Assembly (NCBI GenBank): GCA_021816935.1
Contig: JAKAWR010000010.1
Location: forward strand, 42,607-106,606
From: Actinomycetes bacterium
GTDB lineage: Bacteria > Actinomycetota > Acidimicrobiia > Acidimicrobiales > JAMCPL01
Length of the DNA: 64,000 bases
Direction of reading: 5' to 3'
The translations under genes and the position numbers were made by a program. Below the pieces are notes generated by a model. That model was not told the DNA's origin and ran no database searches. It was given only the letters and a program-made list of their open reading frames with translations. Positions 41,955 to 49,874 of the stretch are shown here, piece by piece; positions within the stretch are counted from its first letter, which is position 1; every line of letters begins with the position of its first letter.

Positions 41955-42815
41955 TTACCGGGCGAGCTTGACCACCTGAAGCACGAAGTGGGCGAACGCG
42001 TCCGGGTGGGTGAGGTGTGCTCCGTGACCGGCACCCCCGAGATCTGACATCTCCGCACCCGGGATAATCGCGCGCAGCTCCCTTACGCTGCGGCGCAGGC
42101 GTGAGGGCGAATGCTCGCCTCTCAAGAGAAGGACAGGTATCGCGATCGGTTCTGCGGCCAGCCTCGGTCCTCCCATCCGGAGCGCCTGGGTCTCCGCCAC
42201 GAGTGCCGCGCCGTCCTGCATGATCTCTTCCTTCGTCCGTTCGGGCAGCCTGTCCCAGGTTCTACGTCCGGCAACCCGCCGGAAGAAAGTCTCCGCTGCA
42301 AGTTCCGGCCTGGCGAGGTCGAGCATATTGGGGCGGGCAGGTGCCCACCAGGGTTCCCAGGGTAGGGGCGGCTCGTAGGCACCGACGGCCTTCAAGGTCG
42401 GGGGATGGGCCATGGCTGCCGCAAGGGCGATGGTGGCCCCGTACGAGTGTCCTACGACGACAGATTCGCGCCCGTCGATCAGAGCAAGAAGGTCTTGCAC
42501 GTGCCGGTCAAAGGCGTCAACTTCCCTATCCGCCGAGCCTCTTCGTACCGGCGGGCCTGCCGGTACGTCTTGCGCGGGCCTGCAGCCCGGCTCATCGCCT
42601 GTACGGCACCCCGGATCGCTCGCGGCCGCTCGGGACCTCGCGTAACCGCGGCGGTCATAGGTAAGCACGTTCTGTCCGGCGAGTCGCCTGACGACGCGCC
42701 GGAAGCTTGCTGCTCTGTCGAGGGAGCCGTGAACCAGCACGACCAGGGGCGGCCTGCCCGGCTGCTCGTCGACGTTCAGAGCCTGATCGGTCTTCGCCTG
42801 ATCGGTACGGGGCAT
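41955..42815 (-). CDS. Alpha/beta hydrolase
   Basis: VHGSLD, YDRRGY, GHSYG and GAGHGAHLTHP. Confidence 0.85.
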   Translation of the reverse strand: MPRTDQAKTDQALNVDEQPGRPPLVVLVHGSLDRAASFRRVVRRLAGQNVLTYDRRGYARSRAAASDPGCRTGDEPGCRPAQDVPAGPPVRRGSADREVDAFDRHVQDLLALIDGRESVVVGHSYGATIALAAAMAHPPTLKAVGAYEPPLPWEPWWAPARPNMLDLARPELAAETFFRRVAGRRTWDRLPERTKEEIMQDGAALVAETQALRMGGPRLAAEPIAIPVLLLRGEHSPSRLRRSVRELRAIIPGAEMSDLGGAGHGAHLTHPDAFAHFVLQVVKLAR

Positions 42816-42829
42816 CGCAACACAACCTA

Positions 42830-43036
42830 GTGCACCGTCTCATAAGTAACCATGCGATCCCACCAGCCAGATAACGCCGCCGGCTGTGTCCTCGTCCTCG
42901 ACGTACTCCCTGGGACGCGCATACAATGTGCTCCGCCATGCCTGTCCCGCAACAGTCCACCGGACTGTTGCGCATCCTTGCCAGGCAGCGCCCCTGACTT
43001 GCCTATTATCATCACGCTATTTACTAGACGGTGCAC
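42830..43036 (-). mobile_element. MITE-like/structured repeat, copy C, with ~50 bp internal insert
   Basis: TIR GTGCACCGTCT / AGACGGTGCAC inside CTAG...CTAG; interior GGCTGTGTCCTCGTCCTCGACGTACTCCCTGG nearly identical to copy A. Confidence 0.8.
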
Positions 43037-43470
43037 TAGCGGTCCGGCGCGAGTCCCGATCGTGGGGACGATCCGGTTCGGGGGATCGCTCCCGTTTCGC
43101 AGGCCGGCCGGTTCGCCCGGTAGCGGGAAGAAGAGGGACCCTGGCGCGTCCAGTTTGAAAATTGGCCCGTCACCAGGAGAGTGTGGTCAACCACGAGGGG
43201 TGGATGAGGTAAAGCCCCAATTCCACACTTGCCCTCATGGAAGGAAAGACTACCTGTTCGCATCAGGAAAATCCACGCCTCGGGGGGATATCGCAGCGAA
43301 CCTCGCTCTCGTACCATAACAAGTGCTTAAGAGAATTGGGCTCAAGTTCTAACACCGTTCGTCGATATGTAAGAGAGATCACTACAGAGCGTGGCGAGGA
43401 CAGTGCATAGAGGTGTTGATCCAGGGCCCGGGCGTGCAGATCGGCAAATCGGCAAGATGGGAGGTCCGAG

Positions 43471-45108
43471 GTGCAGGGAGTGATTGAAGAGAAGTGCGAG
43501 GCGATTAGGGAGAGCGGCGGTGGGCTGGCGTCCACGCGAGCCAGGCGGGCTGGACGGATCGCCCACCAGGTGAGACGGGCTGTGGTGAGCGCCACGTGGC
43601 AACGCCCGGAGACGTCCGCTGCAATTGGGATCGTAGCACGCCGCGAGACTAAGGAGAGGGCAGCGAAAGATGGTGAGGTGGGCTTCAGCCTCATCGAGGT
43701 GCTTGTCGGGATGTTCCTCTTTGCAGTGACGGCGATTCCCATGTCGTCGATCTTCACAGGGGGCGTTAGCGACGCGGCGCTGGCCTCGCACCAGTCCGAT
43801 GCGGTCGGCCTGGCCTCCGGTGCGCTGGCGAAAGCCCAGTCGGTTTCCTATGCAAACCTTGGCTTCTACGATGACCAGGTGAGCGCGGCAACCGCATCCA
43901 ATTCGTGGTACCAACCGGATCCGAACGGCGACAGCTACGTGTCGCTCGGCGCGACCACGCCGGCAGGGGCCACCCCGGTGCTCTCACCGGTGTCGAGCAA
44001 CCAGGTTGGTCCTCTCCACTACATCGTAGGATTGCAGATCGTCTGGGTTGCAGCCGAGAACAGCGCGGCCGGCGGCGGTGTAGTTACGGACTACCAGGCT
44101 TACAAGCAGGTCACGGCTCAGGTGAGGTGGGCGGCGGCCCACGGAGCGACGGACAGCATCCAGGAGAGCACCATCCTCTACTCGGGGAACCAGGGGCCGT
44201 ATTCCGGTCCGGGTTCGGGCGCATCTTCCAGTAGCTCTTCGGGCTCGGGGAGTAGCCCGTCAACAGCTCCCAGCACGATGTCCGCTTCGACTCCCTCCGG
44301 CTCGGCGGGCGAGACGTCGACCGTGGTCAACTGGTCGGGCGGTACTGTCGACTCATCCGGGTACTACGTGGTTCTATGGTCGACGAACCCCGGCGACCTT
44401 CCGGCAGCGAATGCAAGCGGCAGCGGCACCCTGAACACGACGACGGACGTTGTTGCCAGCCCCCATCAGGCCTCAACCAGCACCTCGTACTCGGTCGAGG
44501 GGCTCGCTCCCGGTATGCAGTACTACTACGAGGTCGTCGCTTTCTCGGGAGAAACCGGAGACTGGTCCACTTCTGCCATCGTCGACAGCACCACGTCGGC
44601 AGTCACCTCGAGTTCGACAGCGGAGAGTTCCGGGCTCGGAACCGGAAGCAGCGTTGACCCGCAGTGCTCGGTGATCTCGCTGGCGGTCGTAGGAGCAGGA
44701 TCGGGAGACACCGGCAAGACGTACCTCAACAGTGACGGCAGGATGAGCGAGAACCTCGACCTTGCCGTAAACGCGACCGGTTGCCAGGGGGACACCATTC
44801 AGGTAACCGACCAGACCGAAGCCAAAGCGGAATCCGGCTGCAGTAGCCAGTGCGTTTCTCCCCAATCGGAATTCACCCTCTCGGCCACGGCATGGGAGAA
44901 CCAGAGCGAGGCGGACAGCCCGAAGGACCAGGGGGCGCAGTTCACCGGCACCGTCCAGTCTGCAGGAGAAAGCGGCTGGGTCACGGGGCAGCACGTCTTC
45001 AGCGTGACGGTGAACGGCGCGGCTCTCGATCATCCGGTGACCGCATCAATGAACGTGTACCCATTCGAGCCCGGATCCGAGCGCTCGGATTCGCAGAGCG
45101 GCTGCTGA
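43471..45108 (+). CDS. Type IV prepilin-like protein (PilV-like) with fibronectin type III and Ser-rich C-terminal domains
   Basis: G|FSLIEVLV cleavage/methylation motif (F at 43684), hydrophobic helix, FN3 signature (VNWS...YSVEGLAPGMQYYYEVVAFS). Start uncertain. Confidence 0.8.
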   Translation: MQGVIEEKCEAIRESGGGLASTRARRAGRIAHQVRRAVVSATWQRPETSAAIGIVARRETKERAAKDGEVGFSLIEVLVGMFLFAVTAIPMSSIFTGGVSDAALASHQSDAVGLASGALAKAQSVSYANLGFYDDQVSAATASNSWYQPDPNGDSYVSLGATTPAGATPVLSPVSSNQVGPLHYIVGLQIVWVAAENSAAGGGVVTDYQAYKQVTAQVRWAAAHGATDSIQESTILYSGNQGPYSGPGSGASSSSSSGSGSSPSTAPSTMSASTPSGSAGETSTVVNWSGGTVDSSGYYVVLWSTNPGDLPAANASGSGTLNTTTDVVASPHQASTSTSYSVEGLAPGMQYYYEVVAFSGETGDWSTSAIVDSTTSAVTSSSTAESSGLGTGSSVDPQCSVISLAVVGAGSGDTGKTYLNSDGRMSENLDLAVNATGCQGDTIQVTDQTEAKAESGCSSQCVSPQSEFTLSATAWENQSEADSPKDQGAQFTGTVQSAGESGWVTGQHVFSVTVNGAALDHPVTASMNVYPFEPGSERSDSQSGC

Positions 45109-45121
45109 AAACCGCCGGACC

Positions 45122-45784
45122 ATGGCCTGCACGGCGGCCGGTGCCGCAGCCGGAAAGGGAAGGACCTGCGTGCAGGTGGCCGAAGGCAGGCTGCGGGGCG
45201 AGGGCGGTATAACCCTAGTGGAGCTGATGGTGGCCTCGGCAGCGATGCTCGTTCTCGTCGGGGCGTTTATCACCACCTTCTACACAATCACCTCGAGCGA
45301 GACCAATACTGTTGCTTCCGAGAACGCAGCTGACGCAGTCAGGATCGGCATGGTGCAACTGCAACACGACATTCAGAGCGCGAACCCCGTCGTAGCACTG
45401 CCGAGCGTTTCGGATTACGGGAACGAAGTGACGATAAGCGTGGAGGAGCCGTCTGGGCCCAATCAGCAGGTCACCTGGACCTACGATTCCGCGACCCACA
45501 CTCTCTACCGGCAAGCGGGTGGGTCCGGCGGCTCCTCCGTTCCCGAGATCACCGGGGTGGTGAACGGTGCGTCGACGCCCGTGTTCAGCTACTTCGACTC
45601 CGCGGGCAACAACCTGGTGGCGGGCGCCAATACCACGTCGGCGGAGGTGGCGGCATGCGCATCCAGAATCAGCGTGCAGATCGACGTGAGCGGCGGGCAG
45701 AAGACGACCCCGTACGCGGAGCACATGAGCGTTGCCGTGCCCGACAACCTTCCCTCGGCAACGGCAGGTGCAGCATGCGCATGA
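45122..45784 (+). CDS. Type IV prepilin-like protein (PilW/PulJ-like)
   Basis: GEGG|ITLVELMV motif, LQHDIQSA and PVFSYFD. Confidence 0.82.
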   Translation: MACTAAGAAAGKGRTCVQVAEGRLRGEGGITLVELMVASAAMLVLVGAFITTFYTITSSETNTVASENAADAVRIGMVQLQHDIQSANPVVALPSVSDYGNEVTISVEEPSGPNQQVTWTYDSATHTLYRQAGGSGGSSVPEITGVVNGASTPVFSYFDSAGNNLVAGANTTSAEVAACASRISVQIDVSGGQKTTPYAEHMSVAVPDNLPSATAGAACA

Positions 45785-45939
45785 GGCATTCCGCCGCCGA
45801 GAGCAGTTGGTGCCAGTTGCCGCCGCCCTCAGAGCGTGACCGAGTGGGCTACGCCTGGAACCAGCCCATGAAGATACCGAAGAACCGCTGGTGGCGGAGC
45901 ATTGCCCGGCATCTCGCCAGCGGGCTGCGAGGGGTGTGA
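45781..45939 (+). CDS. 52-aa micro-ORF paralogous to the leader of the downstream prepilin
   Basis: ATGA overlap with the upstream stop and GTGA overlap with the downstream start; YAWNQPMKIPKN..RHL versus YTWNQPVKIGKS..RHL. Confidence 0.45.
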   Translation: MRHSAAESSWCQLPPPSERDRVGYAWNQPMKIPKNRWWRSIARHLASGLRGV

Positions 45940-47339
45940 TCGTGCCGTCCGGCAGGAGCGGCTCTGGCGGCTGGTACCATCCTGACGCGTCGCGGGCCCG
46001 GATAGAGCAGGCGAGATACACCTGGAACCAGCCGGTGAAGATCGGGAAGAGTCATCGGCTGCGAGGACTCTTCCGTCACCTGCTGCGCGTGCGGAGGGAC
46101 GAGAGTGGATCGCTGATGGTGGTTCTGGCCGTCATATTCGTTGTCTCTCTGCTCGGTCTCGCTCTCGTGGGAAGGGTGTTCGGCGACCTGTCCAACTCGT
46201 TGGCAGTCTACGACGTACAGAGCGCGCGGGCACAGGCGCTGGCAGGGTTGTCTGATGCCATTTTCCGGCTCGATCAGCAGGTGCCGCCCTACCAGAGCTT
46301 CTGCGTGGGATCGTCATCGTCGTGCACCGTTGCGGTGGTACCGGCGGCGAGAGGGGTCCAGTACTCGGTAACCGTGGATCAGGCCACGGGGTCGAGCGCC
46401 ACAATCCTCTCCCAGGGCACTTCTCACGGGCACCACTACACGCTGAAAGCTACGGTGACGAGGGCCGTCAACTACCCGTTCCCCATCTTCGGGGTCTCGT
46501 CGGTCACCCTGAACGGATCCAGCGGCACCACCAGTATCATTGCCACCGATCAGTACGGCAACGGCGACGGTGCCAATGCCGACCTCGGCAGTGACTCGAA
46601 CGTGACGTGTCACGGTTCGGGGTCCTACGGTACGCATCAGGTGACCTACGACGGCGGGTCATCGAACTGCCCGCACTGGGTTCAGGGGGCCGGGTCCTAC
46701 GATCCCCAGCAGCCGGTGGCGACTTGCCCGGCTCCGACCGGGAGTTTCCCGCCCACGCCGTGCATGCCCTCGTCCTACCAGTCTTGCCCGAACAACGGGG
46801 ATTTCAGCGGCACATCGTCGTCCCCTTATGTTCTGGAGCCGGGTGTCTACGACTGCCCGAACGGGGTCAACTTCAGCGGTACCGTGAACATCGACTACTC
46901 GTCGACGGTGAACGACGGGCAGGTGCAGATCTACGTGCTCCCAAGTACCGGCAACGCCACAGTCTCGATGGCTGGGTCGACGGTAAACCAGTGGCAGGTC
47001 CCACCCTCGAGTTCGTCTCCGGGTGTTGTGGGAGATCCGGTCGACCTGCAGGTCTACGTCTCGGGGGGAGGTAGCATCGACATGGGCAGCGGGTCGAATG
47101 TCGGCGGCTTCAACGGCATGATTTATGCACCGGGCATGTCAGCGACGGTGAACGGGGGTCAGCTCAACCTGACGGGAGCGTTCGTGCTCAACCAGTTCGT
47201 TGTCAACGGCAACCCGAACCTCACAGTTCATTACGATTACCGCCAGGAGGAACTCGGCTCCGCGGGCTGGAGCGAATCGGGAACGGTACAGATTCCCGAT
47301 TCTTCGTTCACGCCGACGCCGACGCCGACGCCGGCGTGA
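45936..47339 (+). CDS. PilX/GspK-like minor pilin with Cys/Gly/Asn-rich C-terminal adhesin-like domain
   Basis: RRDESG|SLMVVL (no Glu5, as in PilX), ARAQALAGLSDA, and C-terminal GMIYAP...LTGAFV...HYD. Confidence 0.75.
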   Translation: MIVPSGRSGSGGWYHPDASRARIEQARYTWNQPVKIGKSHRLRGLFRHLLRVRRDESGSLMVVLAVIFVVSLLGLALVGRVFGDLSNSLAVYDVQSARAQALAGLSDAIFRLDQQVPPYQSFCVGSSSSCTVAVVPAARGVQYSVTVDQATGSSATILSQGTSHGHHYTLKATVTRAVNYPFPIFGVSSVTLNGSSGTTSIIATDQYGNGDGANADLGSDSNVTCHGSGSYGTHQVTYDGGSSNCPHWVQGAGSYDPQQPVATCPAPTGSFPPTPCMPSSYQSCPNNGDFSGTSSSPYVLEPGVYDCPNGVNFSGTVNIDYSSTVNDGQVQIYVLPSTGNATVSMAGSTVNQWQVPPSSSSPGVVGDPVDLQVYVSGGGSIDMGSGSNVGGFNGMIYAPGMSATVNGGQLNLTGAFVLNQFVVNGNPNLTVHYDYRQEELGSAGWSESGTVQIPDSSFTPTPTPTPA

Positions 47340-47614
47340 GGTTGTGAGGGCCCGGCCGGGCGGGGGCGGCAGGCGGGAGCGCCGGCCGGTTCATGATTTG
47401 GCAGGTAGGTGGAGGGCGTTGCGGGCTGCGATCGGGAACGGTTCTTCGGATGAAGTACTCGTCGATGCCGGCTTCTTGCCAGTGGAGGGTGAGTCCCATT
47501 GACATCGGTGGTGCTTTGCCGTTCTTTGGGCTCGAGCGTCTACAGGATGCTTGAGCCCCGAACGTGGGACGCGGGGCAGCCCCCAGATTGCCAGGCCCCA
47601 GGAACTGGTAGCTT

Positions 47615-48058
47615 GTGGTCGTGGCAGATCTACAGGTTGTCGACGTCGAGGACTTTATTCCGCACCGGCCACCGTTCCTTCTCGTCACGTCGGTAACCGA
47701 GCTGGTGCCCGGACGCGAAGCGCGCGGCTTCTGGCAACTTACGGGCGAGGAGGACTTCTTCAAAGGTCATTTTCCCGGCAGGCCGACCCTGCCCGGTGTT
47801 CTGATGGTCGAGTCGCTCGCGCAGCTCGGCGCGGTCGCAGTGCTGGCAATGCCCGAGTATGCAGGCTCTATCCCGCTATTCGGTGGCATCGACCGGGCTC
47901 GTTTCCGGCGCCAGGTCGTCCCTGGCGACCGGCTCGATCTAGCTGTGAGGATGGACCGCCTTTCATCGAGGGGAGGGCGCGGATCAGGTACAGCGAGCGT
48001 TGGGGGCGAGGCGGCCTGCCAGGTCGACCTACTGTTCGTCATAGCGCCCGCTCGATGA
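47615..48058 (+). CDS. fabZ: 3-hydroxyacyl-ACP dehydratase
   Basis: IPHRPPFLLV, FFKGHFPGRPTLPGVLMVESLAQ and RFRRQVVPGD. Confidence 0.92.
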   Translation: MVVADLQVVDVEDFIPHRPPFLLVTSVTELVPGREARGFWQLTGEEDFFKGHFPGRPTLPGVLMVESLAQLGAVAVLAMPEYAGSIPLFGGIDRARFRRQVVPGDRLDLAVRMDRLSSRGGRGSGTASVGGEAACQVDLLFVIAPAR

Positions 48059-48213
48059 GCGGCAACGTGGCGTGGGCCGGTGTGGGATGAGAGATGTCGA
48101 GCCCTCCTGCATCTCCTGCTTGCCGACCGGCAAGGAGTCTTCTCACCGGAGTGGTGATCCGGAGAACGCGAAATGATCGGCAGAGCAGGTGGCCAGTTGG
48201 GGTGGGTCCTGCC

Positions 48214-49011
48214 ATGAGCGAGGTGCGACTTGCAACCTGGAACGTCAACTCGTTGCGGGCTCGTATGGACCGCGTTGTGGAGTGGATCTCGTATGCACGC
48301 CCTGATGTCCTATGTCTCCAGGAGACGAAAATGCAAGACAGGGACTTCCCGGCACACGATCTGGCCGATCTCGGCTACGAGGCCGTCCATCACGGTGACG
48401 GGGGCTGGAACGGTGTGGCCATTCTCTCGGCGGCGGGTATCGCAGGTGTCAGGATCGGCTTTGGCGACGGTGCGGACGACGAGATGGGCTGCAGGATCGT
48501 CTCGGCGGAATGTGGCGAAATCAGGGTGTTCTCAGTGTACGTGCCGAACGGCAGGGAAGTGGGGAGCGAGTTCTACTACGCGAAGCTCGAATGGCTCGGC
48601 TCCCTTCAGCGAATGCTGGCGAAGGAGTGGGACCAGCGGGAAGCGCTGGCGGTGTGCGGGGACTTCAATGTGGCACCCGACGATCGGGACGTGTGGAATC
48701 CGGCGGCTTTCGAGGGTGCCACCCATGTGACGGAACCGGAGCGGGACGCCCTTGGTCTCCTTGGCCGGTGGGGGCTCGTGGATCTTTTCAGGCTACACAA
48801 CAAGGCGGATGGGCTCTTCAGCTGGTGGGACTACAGGGGCGGTGCGTTCCATAAGCACCAGGGCATGCGGATCGATCTGATCCTCGGGACGGCACCCCTC
48901 GCCTCCTGGTGCACCGCTTCCATCGTGGACCGGCAGGCCCGTAAAGGCCCTCAGCCGTCGGATCATGCACCGGTGATGGTCTACCTGGATCCTGGTAGGG
49001 GTGGCTCGTGA
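48214..49011 (+). CDS. xth: Exodeoxyribonuclease III
   Basis: ATWNVNSLRAR, LQETK, VYVPNG, GDFNVAP, SWWDYR, MRIDL and SDHAPV. Confidence 0.93.
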   Translation: MSEVRLATWNVNSLRARMDRVVEWISYARPDVLCLQETKMQDRDFPAHDLADLGYEAVHHGDGGWNGVAILSAAGIAGVRIGFGDGADDEMGCRIVSAECGEIRVFSVYVPNGREVGSEFYYAKLEWLGSLQRMLAKEWDQREALAVCGDFNVAPDDRDVWNPAAFEGATHVTEPERDALGLLGRWGLVDLFRLHNKADGLFSWWDYRGGAFHKHQGMRIDLILGTAPLASWCTASIVDRQARKGPQPSDHAPVMVYLDPGRGGS

Positions 49012-49070
49012 GGTTGTTGAGGGCAGCGTTGCAGGCAGCGGCGCGGGCAGGCTGGTAGGGAGGGCGAAGG

Positions 49071-49874
49071 ATGCTCCAGGTGTATCTGTCGGGCCGGCTG
49101 TTCGGGGCCAGGTTCGGTGAGGGCCCCGTGAGGGTTGTTGCACTTCATGGATGGGGAAGGAGCCACCGCGACTACGAGCCTGCATTCGGGCGTGGGATCG
49201 TAGACGAGGGCCTGGCGCCAATCCCAGCTTCAGTGGTTGCCGTTGATCTGCCCGGGTTCGGCGCCTCGCCGCCTCCGGTGGAACCGTGGTCCACTGCCGG
49301 CTACGGGCAGCTGATTGCGGATCTCATCGAGGAGGTGGCGACCGATTCCGTCGTCGTGGTCGGTCATTCCTTCGGCGGGCGGGTGGCGGCGCGCCTTGCG
49401 GCTTCGAGAGGCGACCTGGTGGCGGGCCTGGTACTTGCCGGCGTTCCACTCAGGCTCGCGGGGGCCGGGGCCGGCCGGCCGGTGCGACGGCCTGCAGTCC
49501 GTTTCCGGGTCGCGCGCTCCCTCAGCAGGTGGGGCCTCGTTTCTGAGGGGACGATGGAGCGGGCCCGCCGCCGCTACGGCTCTGCCGACTATGGTGCCGC
49601 ATCCGGTGTAATGAGGGAGGTTCTGGTGCGTACCGTGCAGGAGGTGTACGACGACGATCTGGCCCGGATTGCCTGCCCGGTGGAGATCGTCTGGGGGGAG
49701 AACGACACCGAGGTGGGCGTTGAAAGTGCCCGCTTGCTGGCCGGGGTCCTGAAGAGGTCACGCCTTAGGGTCGTTCCGGGTGCCGGACACCTGATCCCGA
49801 CCGAGGTACCGGGCGCATTGCTTGGCACGACCGTGGAGGTGCTCGAGGAGGCCGGCATTGGCCGCTGCCACTAA
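49071..49874 (+). CDS. Alpha/beta hydrolase upstream of murF
   Basis: LHGWG, DLPGFG, GHSFGG, YGSADY and GAGH. Confidence 0.85.
   Translation: MLQVYLSGRLFGARFGEGPVRVVALHGWGRSHRDYEPAFGRGIVDEGLAPIPASVVAVDLPGFGASPPPVEPWSTAGYGQLIADLIEEVATDSVVVVGHSFGGRVAARLAASRGDLVAGLVLAGVPLRLAGAGAGRPVRRPAVRFRVARSLSRWGLVSEGTMERARRRYGSADYGAASGVMREVLVRTVQEVYDDDLARIACPVEIVWGENDTEVGVESARLLAGVLKRSRLRVVPGAGHLIPTEVPGALLGTTVEVLEEAGIGRCH

Noticed and set aside
43040-43470. c-di-GMP or c-di-AMP riboswitch upstream of the pilin genes
   Set aside because: A GGCAAA is present, but the GAAA tetraloop/ACGCAAAGC and ydaO signatures are not found.
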